Virus record (IMG/VR): IMGVR_UViG_3300038406_000132
Span: 1-43,369 of that record
Strand: one strand, 5' to 3'
Length of the DNA stretch: 43,369 nucleotides
Source: a virus
Taxonomy: Duplodnaviria; Caudoviricetes
The translations under genes and the position numbers were made by a program. Positions 1-7,068 of this stretch are shown one piece after another; the stretch's first letter is position 1, and each line of letters opens with the position of its first letter. The notes under the pieces were generated by a model. The model was not told where the DNA came from and ran no database searches. It worked only from the letters and a program-made list of their open reading frames with translations.

Positions 1-238
1 CATTAAATCACCTTGCAAATCAACGGTTTTATCATTGGAAACGGCGAGTTCGCTGTTGTTCCAACGCGCGACGTATGCCGATAATGTCGTCAATTATGGA
101 TGGGATGTATCATGAACGTTGGAAGCGTCGCGGTACCGGAACCATCGGCACGTTCGACACCTGTTCTAACCGAACGCGCCATGCTCTCCGTATATAAGAG
201 GGTAGAGGGGAGTTCGGAGATAGTTAATGGAGGATGGC

Positions 239-427
239 ATGGCCACGCAGGAAATGATAATTGCGGCACTTCTCAAAGCCGCCGCGCTCGGACTACCTCC
301 TGACATTCAAGAGGTGCTCGTTCGAGGAAATCCGACGCGAGGAATTCCAGCGGGCATCTTGGGAAAGATGTTGGATGCAGCCAATGCAGCTGACACCTGT
401 TCCCCCGCAAGCGCTATACGGGAATAA
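239..427 (+). CDS. small hypothetical protein
   Basis: ORF 227..427; GGAGG shortly before ATG 239; first of a run of closely spaced + strand ORFs; ends in AIRE. Confidence 0.5.
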   Translation: MATQEMIIAALLKAAALGLPPDIQEVLVRGNPTRGIPAGILGKMLDAANAADTCSPASAIRE

Positions 428-439
428 AAGGAAATTGAG

Positions 440-655
440 ATGAACGAGAATGACCGCATCTTGGCACGGATCAGGGGCGTACCAGCGCAAAAGGGGACGC
501 CACAGACGGACATGGACCCACGGAATCCAAATCGCCCTGCTGCTGCGAATGATAACTGGCATTGGGAAAACTGTTATCCTGAACTTTATGCGCTCAAAAT
601 ACGGTTTGAGAATGAACGCCGCAAGCAATGGGAAGAAAATGGAAAACCTGTCTGA
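440..655 (+). CDS. small hypothetical protein (71 aa)
   Basis: AAGGA upstream of ATG; 12 nt after the previous stop; overlaps the next start. Confidence 0.55.
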   Translation: MNENDRILARIRGVPAQKGTPQTDMDPRNPNRPAAANDNWHWENCYPELYALKIRFENERRKQWEENGKPV

Positions 656-923
656 TTTGGATATCCGGCTTCTTGGCGCTTTGAGCGAGAATAGCGGCCG
701 TCTAACCCGTGACGTATCTGAAAAAGCTGGTGTAAGCCAGCACAACAAGCGTCAATCATCTGGAGCCACGAGGGCATGGCTGATGCGCCTTAAGAAACGC
801 GGCCTTGTCGATTTTTACGACAACGAGAAACCGACCGTCTGGAAACGAACCGAGGCCGGGACGCGCGCATTTCATGGGCTTCCGCCGATTGCGAATGAAG
901 ACGCTGCCGCTATACGGGAATGA
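639..923 (+). CDS. winged-helix DNA-binding protein (94 aa)
   Basis: Internal ATG of ORF 450..923; LSDLDIRLLGALSENSGRLTRDVSEKAGVS...LMRLKKRGLV...WKRTEAG fits a wHTH pattern. Confidence 0.6.
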   Translation: MENLSDLDIRLLGALSENSGRLTRDVSEKAGVSQHNKRQSSGATRAWLMRLKKRGLVDFYDNEKPTVWKRTEAGTRAFHGLPPIANEDAAAIRE

Positions 924-938
924 TGATAGGAGGATGAG

Positions 939-1175
939 ATGAACAGACCAGCGAATGAAGAAATGGTTCAAGGCTTCATGGACGGCTACGATCCTAACAG
1001 CCCGGAGCCGAGCGACAACCGGAGCCACAGCTATAGGCATGGCTTCAAAGCCGGGCGGAATGACAAGCTGAACGGAGAAGGTCCGTTCTACGGGATTGGG
1101 CATGAGAGAATTCGCGAAATGGCAGACAAGGCGATGGCAAGGGATGATCTGGCTCGGGATATGGCGTCAGCCTGA
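939..1175 (+). CDS. hypothetical protein (78 aa)
   Basis: Strong AGGAGG SD; phage-type GFMDGY/YRHGFKAGR motifs. Confidence 0.7.
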   Translation: MNRPANEEMVQGFMDGYDPNSPEPSDNRSHSYRHGFKAGRNDKLNGEGPFYGIGHERIREMADKAMARDDLARDMASA

Positions 1176-1453
1176 TGGAGGGGAAGATGAGCTTATTGCG
1201 ACCGCCGAAATTTTTCCAAGCGCTGCTGTGGTGGGGCTGGGGCTTTAACATTCTGCGGCATACCACCGACACTTTTCAAGATGGCCATTCGTATGGCATC
1301 CAGAACGAAACATTCGTCTCGGTGATCGTTTTCCTTGGTGGCATTGCATTTGTGACTGCAATGTTCGGCTTTGCCGTGAACCTCATATCTGCATTTGGTG
1401 ATTTATTCAGAAGCCCTGAATTGGTTGTCACGGGGTTTGAACAGCCGGATTAA
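1175..1453 (+). CDS. small membrane protein
   Basis: TGATG coupling to the previous ORF; hydrophobic segment FVSVIVFLGGIAFVTAMFGFAVNLI. Confidence 0.55.
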   Translation: MEGKMSLLRPPKFFQALLWWGWGFNILRHTTDTFQDGHSYGIQNETFVSVIVFLGGIAFVTAMFGFAVNLISAFGDLFRSPELVVTGFEQPD

Positions 1454-1916
1454 CCCCGTTCCATATAGGCGGCGACGCCTCAAAAAAAGACGCTGGCTGC
1501 TCGATGACAGGAATATCCCGATCCTTCGCATCGAAGATCCATGCTACCAGCAAAATGCCGATCGACAAGAATATAATGGCGATACACACGCCGATGGCGA
1601 TTTCGAGCGAGCGGACTATCCAAGCATGAGGTTCAGAGCCTCTTTGAGGGTGAGTCCTGACGCGGGGGCCAGGATGATAAGGAGCGCGGCTCTGAACCAC
1701 AGGCTTTGCGCTATGCGCGACAAATCCATTCGGTCTGATGTATTCGCGTGGGAATGCGTTAACATTTCCAGCAGTTCTGTAAGCCGGTCCTGCCTGTTGA
1801 GGATTTCCGTCAGGATATAGGCCAAGTCCGGATGATTTGAGTGGAGCCTCGTGATCGCGCCTGTGGTCCAATCCATTTGTTTTCGGCTCCGCATAGTCTA
1901 AACTGCTCGCTGCCAT
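1428..1916 (-). CDS. hypothetical membrane protein (162 aa) containing a nested ORF
   Basis: GGGA SD before ATG 1916; single C-terminal TM helix IAIGVCIAIIFLSIGILLVAWIF. Confidence 0.45.
   Translation of the reverse strand: MAASSLDYAEPKTNGLDHRRDHEAPLKSSGLGLYPDGNPQQAGPAYRTAGNVNAFPREYIRPNGFVAHSAKPVVQSRAPYHPGPRVRTHPQRGSEPHAWIVRSLEIAIGVCIAIIFLSIGILLVAWIFDAKDRDIPVIEQPASFFEASPPIWNGVNPAVQTP
1616..1876 (-). CDS. small membrane protein (86 aa), possible holin-like
   Basis: GGAG SD before ATG 1876; helical N-terminus and hydrophobic C-terminus LWFRAALLIILAPASGL; downstream of the spanins on the same strand. Confidence 0.5.
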   Translation of the reverse strand: MDWTTGAITRLHSNHPDLAYILTEILNRQDRLTELLEMLTHSHANTSDRMDLSRIAQSLWFRAALLIILAPASGLTLKEALNLMLG

Positions 1917-2012
1917 GTTTCAGTCCCGTTTTTACTTATGATTGCCTTGGGTCATTAGGCGATCCTCTTTCGCTTGGTGATCTAGGAGCAGCGTCGATGG
2001 ACTAGATCGGCG

Positions 2013-2041
2013 TTGCTCCGCTCGTAAGTCTGTGGTATAAT
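2013..2041 (+). promoter_or_regulatory. sigma70-type promoter
   Basis: TTGCTC-17nt-TATAAT with extended -10 TG; ATG 2073 downstream. Confidence 0.7.
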
Positions 2042-2072
2042 CTACGGATGATTCAATCGGTTAAGGTGAACC

Positions 2073-2342
2073 ATGGCATCGCCACAGCACCCGTTCACAA
2101 AAGAGCAGATTGCCCATTTTCAGAAAGCCGTCATAGCGGATTACTTGGCGAAGGATACGCCGCTGCTCTCCATTCTGAGAAATCCCTCACGTCGTGAGGA
2201 CACGTTCCGGATTCCCCGTCCTTGGTCATGGCACATACGGCGTTTCTGGGATCGGCTGCTGAAGCGCATCGGGCTTCGCAAGCGCGAGCCAGTTACGATA
2301 AGCTTGAGCCAGATAACAATCACGCGCGACTTTAAACGCTAG
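2073..2342 (+). CDS. basic hypothetical protein (89 aa), moron-like
   Basis: Own promoter and AAGGTG SD; opposite strand to the lysis operon. Confidence 0.65.
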   Translation: MASPQHPFTKEQIAHFQKAVIADYLAKDTPLLSILRNPSRREDTFRIPRPWSWHIRRFWDRLLKRIGLRKREPVTISLSQITITRDFKR

Positions 2343-2353
2343 TGCGCTCAGTC

Positions 2354-2827
2354 GAACATCTTCAAATGTCCCCGATAAGGGACATTAAGGGGCTTATCGT
2401 CCTTTAAAGGGGACGAAGTGCGCGTACGGGAACATCTTCGACACGTGTCGAAGATGGTTTACAAACCGTCGATTTTGTAAAGCCACACTGTACTTAAATC
2501 GCTGGATTTGGTAGAGTGTCTGCGGTCGGGGAGCGTTGGTCGCCGCAGCGCATGAGCGCTGTCAAACGGTTCGATTCCGGAGGTAGAGCGGGTTCGAGTC
2601 CCGCCCCGGCCCTTTCCGTCAATTTTCTGTCGCGATAGCCGGATCACGACAAAACCGGACATTTAACCGGGCGGGAATGCCCCTCGGAAGCCGCTAAAAC
2701 CGTTGCTGTACAAGGCTTTCAGGCTGGGCGGAAACCGGACAAAAAACCGGACATGAATGGTGTTTTAAAAACACCATTTCCGAGACGTGTCGAAATAGGT
2801 TCAACATCGGTTCAGTGTGAACCTATT
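2354..2827. repeat. dense array of different palindromes/hairpins
   Basis: AATGTCCC/GGGACATT 2365-2386; TCGTCC/GGACGA 2397-2416; perfect 24-bp palindrome 2433-2456; TTTACAAA/TTTGTAAA 2458-2481; hairpin 2485-2519; AATGGTGTTTT/AAAACACCATT 2756-2778; AATAGGTTCA/TGAACCTATT 2794-2827. Confidence 0.85.
2524..2612 (+). ncRNA. tRNA-like element with non-canonical anticodon arm (pseudo-tRNA)
   Basis: Acceptor GGTCGGG/CCCGGCC; T arm GCGGG-TTCGAGT-CCCGC; short D arm GCG-TTGGT-CGC; 7-bp anticodon stem with 4-nt loop ATGA; long variable arm; no encoded CCA. Confidence 0.55.
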
Positions 2828-3014
2828 GCTTCGGACAGAGCGCCACGAATTGCCGGTTGTGCCGACGAACCTGTGAACTGGTCTCCGGCGTATCGTCAAC
2901 CGACCATGTAATCTGCGACAGCACTTTGCATGACTTATCGCTGATTATTACGGCAGGTGGGGGATTGCTCGCACAGCCTGATGCGCTCAGACAGATCAGC
3001 AGGAGTATCGGCAA
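2823..3014 (-). CDS. outer-membrane spanin lipoprotein (Rz1-like)
   Basis: Signal and lipobox LLLICLSASG-C followed by Pro-rich ASNPPPA; overlaps the 3' end of the i-spanin in another frame; start uncertain (TTG 3014 or ATG 3065). Confidence 0.75.
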   Translation of the reverse strand: MPILLLICLSASGCASNPPPAVIISDKSCKVLSQITWSVDDTPETSSQVRRHNRQFVALCPKQ

Positions 3015-3234
3015 CTTTAGCGCCTTCAGCTTGCGCGAATTCTGCAACTTTTTCATGAGCTTCATTGGCCTTTTTGATTTCTTTCTGCCAGTGATTGTCG
3101 CGGGCGGTTTCAGCGGCTACGATCGCCGCTTTCCTGTCGCCGTCGCCGGTCGAATAGCCATGCGTCCAGATCGCAACGATCGCGCTCGCGCCCGCTATTG
3201 CCGAGACCACATAAAGGGTTGGAGATCCAAACAT
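2935..3234 (-). CDS. inner-membrane spanin (Rz-like)
   Basis: N-terminal TM, helical periplasmic region, C-terminal Cys pair; immediately after the endolysin. Confidence 0.75.
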   Translation of the reverse strand: MFGSPTLYVVSAIAGASAIVAIWTHGYSTGDGDRKAAIVAAETARDNHWQKEIKKANEAHEKVAEFAQAEGAKVADTPADLSERIRLCEQSPTCRNNQR

Positions 3235-3998
3235 CAGCGGCCCTTCTCCTTGTTGTCATCGTAGCGTGCCCATATGATGATCCCGAAAGCTGCGACGGAC
3301 AGCACGCTGGTCAACAGCATGAGTTGTGGCAGCGACGTTCCGAGATCCTTCAGTACGCCGATGATGCCCATGATTTGCGTCTGGCTGTCGAGGATTGCAG
3401 TTCCGGTCGCGCCCGCCGAGACGATGCCGAGGGCAGCAGACTGGACTGTCCGAGAATTCATGGGCGTAGACGGCTTCCTGTAGCCCAGCAGCCGGGATTT
3501 CGCTTGCGGGGCTATGCTGACCTGATTCGACTGATTGCCGCCCAGCACCTGTACGTTGCCGCCAGATTCGCCAACGTAGAAGCCAACGTGTCCGGTCCAG
3601 CTCCGGGGATCGCCTCTTGAGAAGACTGCGATGCAACCCGGATAGGGTTTGTCCACCGGCTTGCCCCATGTTAGAAAGGAGCGGGCGGCAAGCGACTTCG
3701 AACCGGCATACCCGCCGCGCTCAATCATCGCGTTGCAGAACCCAGCACACCAGGCGGTCTCGTCGTCGTCGATCTCGGGAAAACCGGCGTCGCGGAAATA
3801 GCCAAGCACTCGCGGATTGTTCGCCGCACCCGGCGCTTCCTTCACGCCAAGTTCGCCGCGAGCGAGCGCAAGCCATTTCGGCTCACCGGACACCGGCTCA
3901 TCTGCCGATTTCTCCGGCTTCGGAACGACGCTCTTTCCGCCGAATATCGCCTTGAGAAGCCCGGCAAGCCACTCAAAGAATGCTGTGAACGGATTCAT
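3234..3998 (-). CDS. endolysin, TIGR02594 (NlpC/P60-like) family, with C-terminal TM region
   Basis: DETAWCAGF, GHVGF and LGGNQSNQV motifs; GAGGAG SD. Confidence 0.85.
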   Translation of the reverse strand: MNPFTAFFEWLAGLLKAIFGGKSVVPKPEKSADEPVSGEPKWLALARGELGVKEAPGAANNPRVLGYFRDAGFPEIDDDETAWCAGFCNAMIERGGYAGSKSLAARSFLTWGKPVDKPYPGCIAVFSRGDPRSWTGHVGFYVGESGGNVQVLGGNQSNQVSIAPQAKSRLLGYRKPSTPMNSRTVQSAALGIVSAGATGTAILDSQTQIMGIIGVLKDLGTSLPQLMLLTSVLSVAAFGIIIWARYDDNKEKGR

Positions 3999-4012
3999 GA
4001 AGGCTCCTCATT

Positions 4013-4035
4013 AAAAAAGCCCCGGAGAAGAGGCT
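4013..4035 (-). terminator. intrinsic terminator upstream of the endolysin
   Basis: AGCCTC-TTCTCC-GGGGCT followed by a T run on the minus strand. Confidence 0.55.
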
Positions 4036-4097
4036 GGATATTGAGATTGCGGGAGTGGGCGTCAGGCTGTATAATGGACATTGATCCACACGGCATC

Positions 4098-4658
4098 TTA
4101 CGCATAATTAATAGAAAGCCGACCCTCTTGCGCGGTTGCGTGCGAGAAGTCGGCCACTTCGGCATAGTTCCCGTCGCTTGCCTGATCATCGAACAATACG
4201 AGAGCCAGGTCATTGCCGGAAGCCCAGCCGGCTCGGTTGATGATTTCCTGTACGATTGCTGTGACATCAACTGTCTGAACTCCGGTGGAAGTGAAGTTGT
4301 CAACCGTTGACGCTGCCGTTGTCTGAGTGATATTCGATGGAAGATTTCCGGCGCCCCAAACCGCTGCATCATCCACATCATTGCCGTGCATCTCAAGTTG
4401 TGGCGTCCCTGTAACAGCCAGCACTTCGACGCTGAATTCCGCCGAGTTTATCGTCGCCCCTTGATCGATGGTTACATTTTGGAATCGCCAGCCTATTACG
4501 AATTCCAGGCCATCTTGGCCAGCGGCAAGATCTGTGTCGTCCGTAGCCAGTCCGAAGGAAACCAGCTCATCGCGGTCATCGTTTGTATCGGTTATTGCTA
4601 GATCGAGGGTGGTGCTCCCGCCTGCAGCAACATAGGGTGCAGGAAATACAGCAAACAT
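4098..4658 (-). CDS. putative tail-fibre-associated beta-rich protein (186 aa)
   Basis: TGATG-coupled to the tail fibre; RFQNVTIDQGATINSA and DVTAIVQEIINRAGWASGN resemble DNRLRE-type beta-sandwich modules. Confidence 0.65.
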   Translation of the reverse strand: MFAVFPAPYVAAGGSTTLDLAITDTNDDRDELVSFGLATDDTDLAAGQDGLEFVIGWRFQNVTIDQGATINSAEFSVEVLAVTGTPQLEMHGNDVDDAAVWGAGNLPSNITQTTAASTVDNFTSTGVQTVDVTAIVQEIINRAGWASGNDLALVLFDDQASDGNYAEVADFSHATAQEGRLSINYA

Positions 4659-6568
4659 CAGCTTACATCCTGCACGGTCAGAGATGAAAATCCGTTGATC
4701 TTGATGATCGTACAGATGAAATCGTCGCCGTTTGTCGTGGTGAAGCTGTCGCCGAAAACCCCTGTAAAACCGCTTGTTGTGATCGCGCCAGCCGATGCGT
4801 TATTGGTGATCTGAACGATGATGCAGCAATCATCTGTCGGCGGCGCAAGCGTGAAGGCACCGCCATTGACGATGCGTTTCATGTTGCCGCCGTCCTGATC
4901 CGGCGTATAGGTACCAGCTCCAGATTGCGTACCGTCATTGTCTACGGTGTGGGCAAAGCCCGCCGTCAGCGTGTCTGGAGTATCGGCTTTCAGCGTATCG
5001 GCATCGAAAGCTTGCACATCCGTTCCGATGACCAAGCCGAGATTAGTTCTCGCGCCGGAAGCATCAGAAGCCCCTGTTCCGCCATCGGCAACGGCAACAT
5101 CTGTTCCGCCAGAAACATATGCCGTGCCCGAGATGGAGCTGTCCGCACCAATCGTCAGCGTCCGGCTGGCGTCCCCAGTCGTAAGCGTCAGCGTTCTATC
5201 TGCTGACAAATCAGACCCCGGCGCTATGATCAGGTCATGGCTGGCGTTGGTATCGAGAAGATGGAGGCCGGTATTGGGTAGCGTGAGCGGGCCGGCAACG
5301 ATCTCAACGCTGCCGTCTGCACGGAATCTTGCACGCCGCGTAAGTGTTTGACCGCCATTGTTGGTATAAATATCAACAGCGCCATACATGACATTGTTGG
5401 CGGCGACTCCATCAACAACAAAGCGAATTTCCGCGCCAAGCTCATAATCTGTACCGTCTTGTCCGAGACCGATGATGCGTCCGAGTGTGTCTCCATCATC
5501 AACGAGCGTCGGGGATGCGTGCGTGCCGTCTGATCTCAGGAAAAGTAAATGCCCACCAAAATCATTGGTGTCAGTATGACGGTGAATGGTAATGCCGCCT
5601 AAATCGGCAGTTCCCTCGCTGTGGACTTCAAGATCTGATGTAACTGCGGCACCAGCAATCGTGTGGGTAATATCACCATTGCCGTCCGATGATATGACAA
5701 CCGGTTTACTATATTTGAAAGCATCGGCGCTTTCGTCCCATGAAAAAGTAGGAGCGCCCGTAACGCCTACCGTCAGAAGATCCGCATTGACATCAGAACC
5801 GGGATTGATATTGATGCCATCGTTAGTAGAAAGGTCGATTCCGCCGTCGCCGTTGAGCAAAGCAAATGCGCTCGCCTCATTTCCATCGAGAAGATCGGCA
5901 TCCAGCCCTGACCCCGTACCATCAACAGTAACGAGCGCTGCAAGTATTTCCGCCGCCGACTGATCCGCCGTCGCCCCGCTTTCTATGCCGTCAAGCTTGG
6001 TGCCATCAGTCGCAACATCGCGCCCGTCAACCGTGCCGGAAAGCGCGATGTTGCCGACGCCGGTAACATTATCGCTGTCGTCTATGCCAACGCCGGAGCC
6101 CTGCAGCGCTCGCCCTGTCGTGCCGTCAAACCGCGGAACTCTATTGTCTGTCGAACTGGCGGGACCGGATACGCCGACGAGAAAACAATCCGTGGCGTCA
6201 CAGAGAACGAAGCTCTGCGTCCCTTGGGGAACCACAACACCCGTTCCCGCCGAAGTCTTGACCGTGACCGTGAAGCTGCCGGATGTGGCGTTGCTGACGG
6301 CGTAGATTTTCGTGAGCGCCGGAATAACGATGGTGGAATTTGACGCCAGCGTGCCGGACACCAGCAGAATCGCCTTGCGGCTTTCATCCTCGATATAGTC
6401 TTCATCAGTGAGCGTGGTTGTGCCGCCGGTCGTCGAGATAGATGTGGCGCCTGCTATGGCTTCGTCGATACGGTCGAGCACGTCGTTGAGCGTCTCGCCC
6501 CACGTATCCGGATTATCACCGAAGCCCTGTTTTTCAAGCCTCAGTCTGGTGGTTGCGGTCGATGCCAT
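4658..6568 (-). CDS. tail fibre protein 2 (636 aa)
   Basis: N-terminus paralogous to 23224..24063; fibre motifs DGTKLDGIESGATAD, GSGLDADLLDG and GGTGASDASGARTNLGL. Confidence 0.85.
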   Translation of the reverse strand: MASTATTRLRLEKQGFGDNPDTWGETLNDVLDRIDEAIAGATSISTTGGTTTLTDEDYIEDESRKAILLVSGTLASNSTIVIPALTKIYAVSNATSGSFTVTVKTSAGTGVVVPQGTQSFVLCDATDCFLVGVSGPASSTDNRVPRFDGTTGRALQGSGVGIDDSDNVTGVGNIALSGTVDGRDVATDGTKLDGIESGATADQSAAEILAALVTVDGTGSGLDADLLDGNEASAFALLNGDGGIDLSTNDGININPGSDVNADLLTVGVTGAPTFSWDESADAFKYSKPVVISSDGNGDITHTIAGAAVTSDLEVHSEGTADLGGITIHRHTDTNDFGGHLLFLRSDGTHASPTLVDDGDTLGRIIGLGQDGTDYELGAEIRFVVDGVAANNVMYGAVDIYTNNGGQTLTRRARFRADGSVEIVAGPLTLPNTGLHLLDTNASHDLIIAPGSDLSADRTLTLTTGDASRTLTIGADSSISGTAYVSGGTDVAVADGGTGASDASGARTNLGLVIGTDVQAFDADTLKADTPDTLTAGFAHTVDNDGTQSGAGTYTPDQDGGNMKRIVNGGAFTLAPPTDDCCIIVQITNNASAGAITTSGFTGVFGDSFTTTNGDDFICTIIKINGFSSLTVQDVS

Positions 6569-6585
6569 TCAGGGGTCCGTGCAAT

Positions 6586-6609
6586 AAAAAAGGCCCCGTA
6601 AAGGGCCTT
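6586..6609 (-). terminator. intrinsic terminator
   Basis: AAGGCCC-TTTACG-GGGCCTT followed by TTTT on the minus strand, just upstream of the tail fibre start. Confidence 0.65.
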
Positions 6610-6634
6610 GGTGAAGTGGGGAAACTATTCGCTC

Positions 6635-6663
6635 TTGAAATCAAGACCATTGGTCGCTAAACT
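6635..6663 (+). promoter_or_regulatory. sigma70 promoter with operator in the spacer
   Basis: TTGAAA-17-TAAACT; palindrome GACCATTGGTC 6645-6655; ATG 8 nt after the -10 box (near leaderless). Confidence 0.65.
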
Positions 6664-6671
6664 AAGCGCCC

Positions 6672-6887
6672 ATGATCAAGCTTCCAAAAATGACGCCCAT
6701 TGAGATGGAAACCATCAGAGATAAACTCAAATTATCTCGCCCACAAATGGCATCTAGGCTTGGAGTTACTGCTAGAACCTACCAAAGATGGGCATCAGGA
6801 GACAGGACAATTCCCGGCCCTGCCGTGCTTCTTGCACAAAGAATTCTATACGATCACGAAAACGTGAACGCCAACCTCTGCGTATAG
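6672..6887 (+). CDS. XRE-family helix-turn-helix regulator
   Basis: LKLSRPQMASRLGVTARTYQRWASGDRTIP is a classic HTH_3 pattern. Confidence 0.85.
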   Translation: MIKLPKMTPIEMETIRDKLKLSRPQMASRLGVTARTYQRWASGDRTIPGPAVLLAQRILYDHENVNANLCV

Positions 6888-6889
6888 AC

Positions 6890-6918
6890 TTGAAATGCGA
6901 CCGTTGGTCGTTTAATGT
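6890..6918 (+). promoter_or_regulatory. second sigma70 promoter with a matching operator
   Basis: TTGAAA-17-TAATGT; palindrome CGACCGTTGGTCG 6898-6910. Confidence 0.65.
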
Positions 6919-7068
6919 CTTGAGTATAAAGGCTCTCGATAGGCAATCGCCCGCGACCCTAAAGACATCCTTTAATGAATTCCCCTAACCGGGAATAAGC
7001 CGCCCGGCGAGCGTCATCAGCGCTCAGCCGGGCATTTTGTGAAACCTCGTGCGAAAAGGAAATCACGC

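Noticed and set aside
2073-2342. DTPLLSIL and DTFRIPRP as fragments of other capsid families
   Set aside because: Too short to support without a profile search
2524-2612. Functional tRNA-Met(CAT) or tRNA-Ser(TGA)
   Set aside because: No register gives a 5-bp stem with a 7-nt loop centred on either triplet; U8 and U33 are absent; reported as tRNA-like instead
2354-2827. CRISPR array
   Set aside because: The palindromes differ from one another, there is no constant repeat-spacer period, and no cas genes are present
4098-6568. Diversity-generating retroelement acting on tail fibres
   Set aside because: No reverse transcriptase and no TR/VR pair with adenine-specific mismatches seen; fibre similarity is N-terminal paralogy
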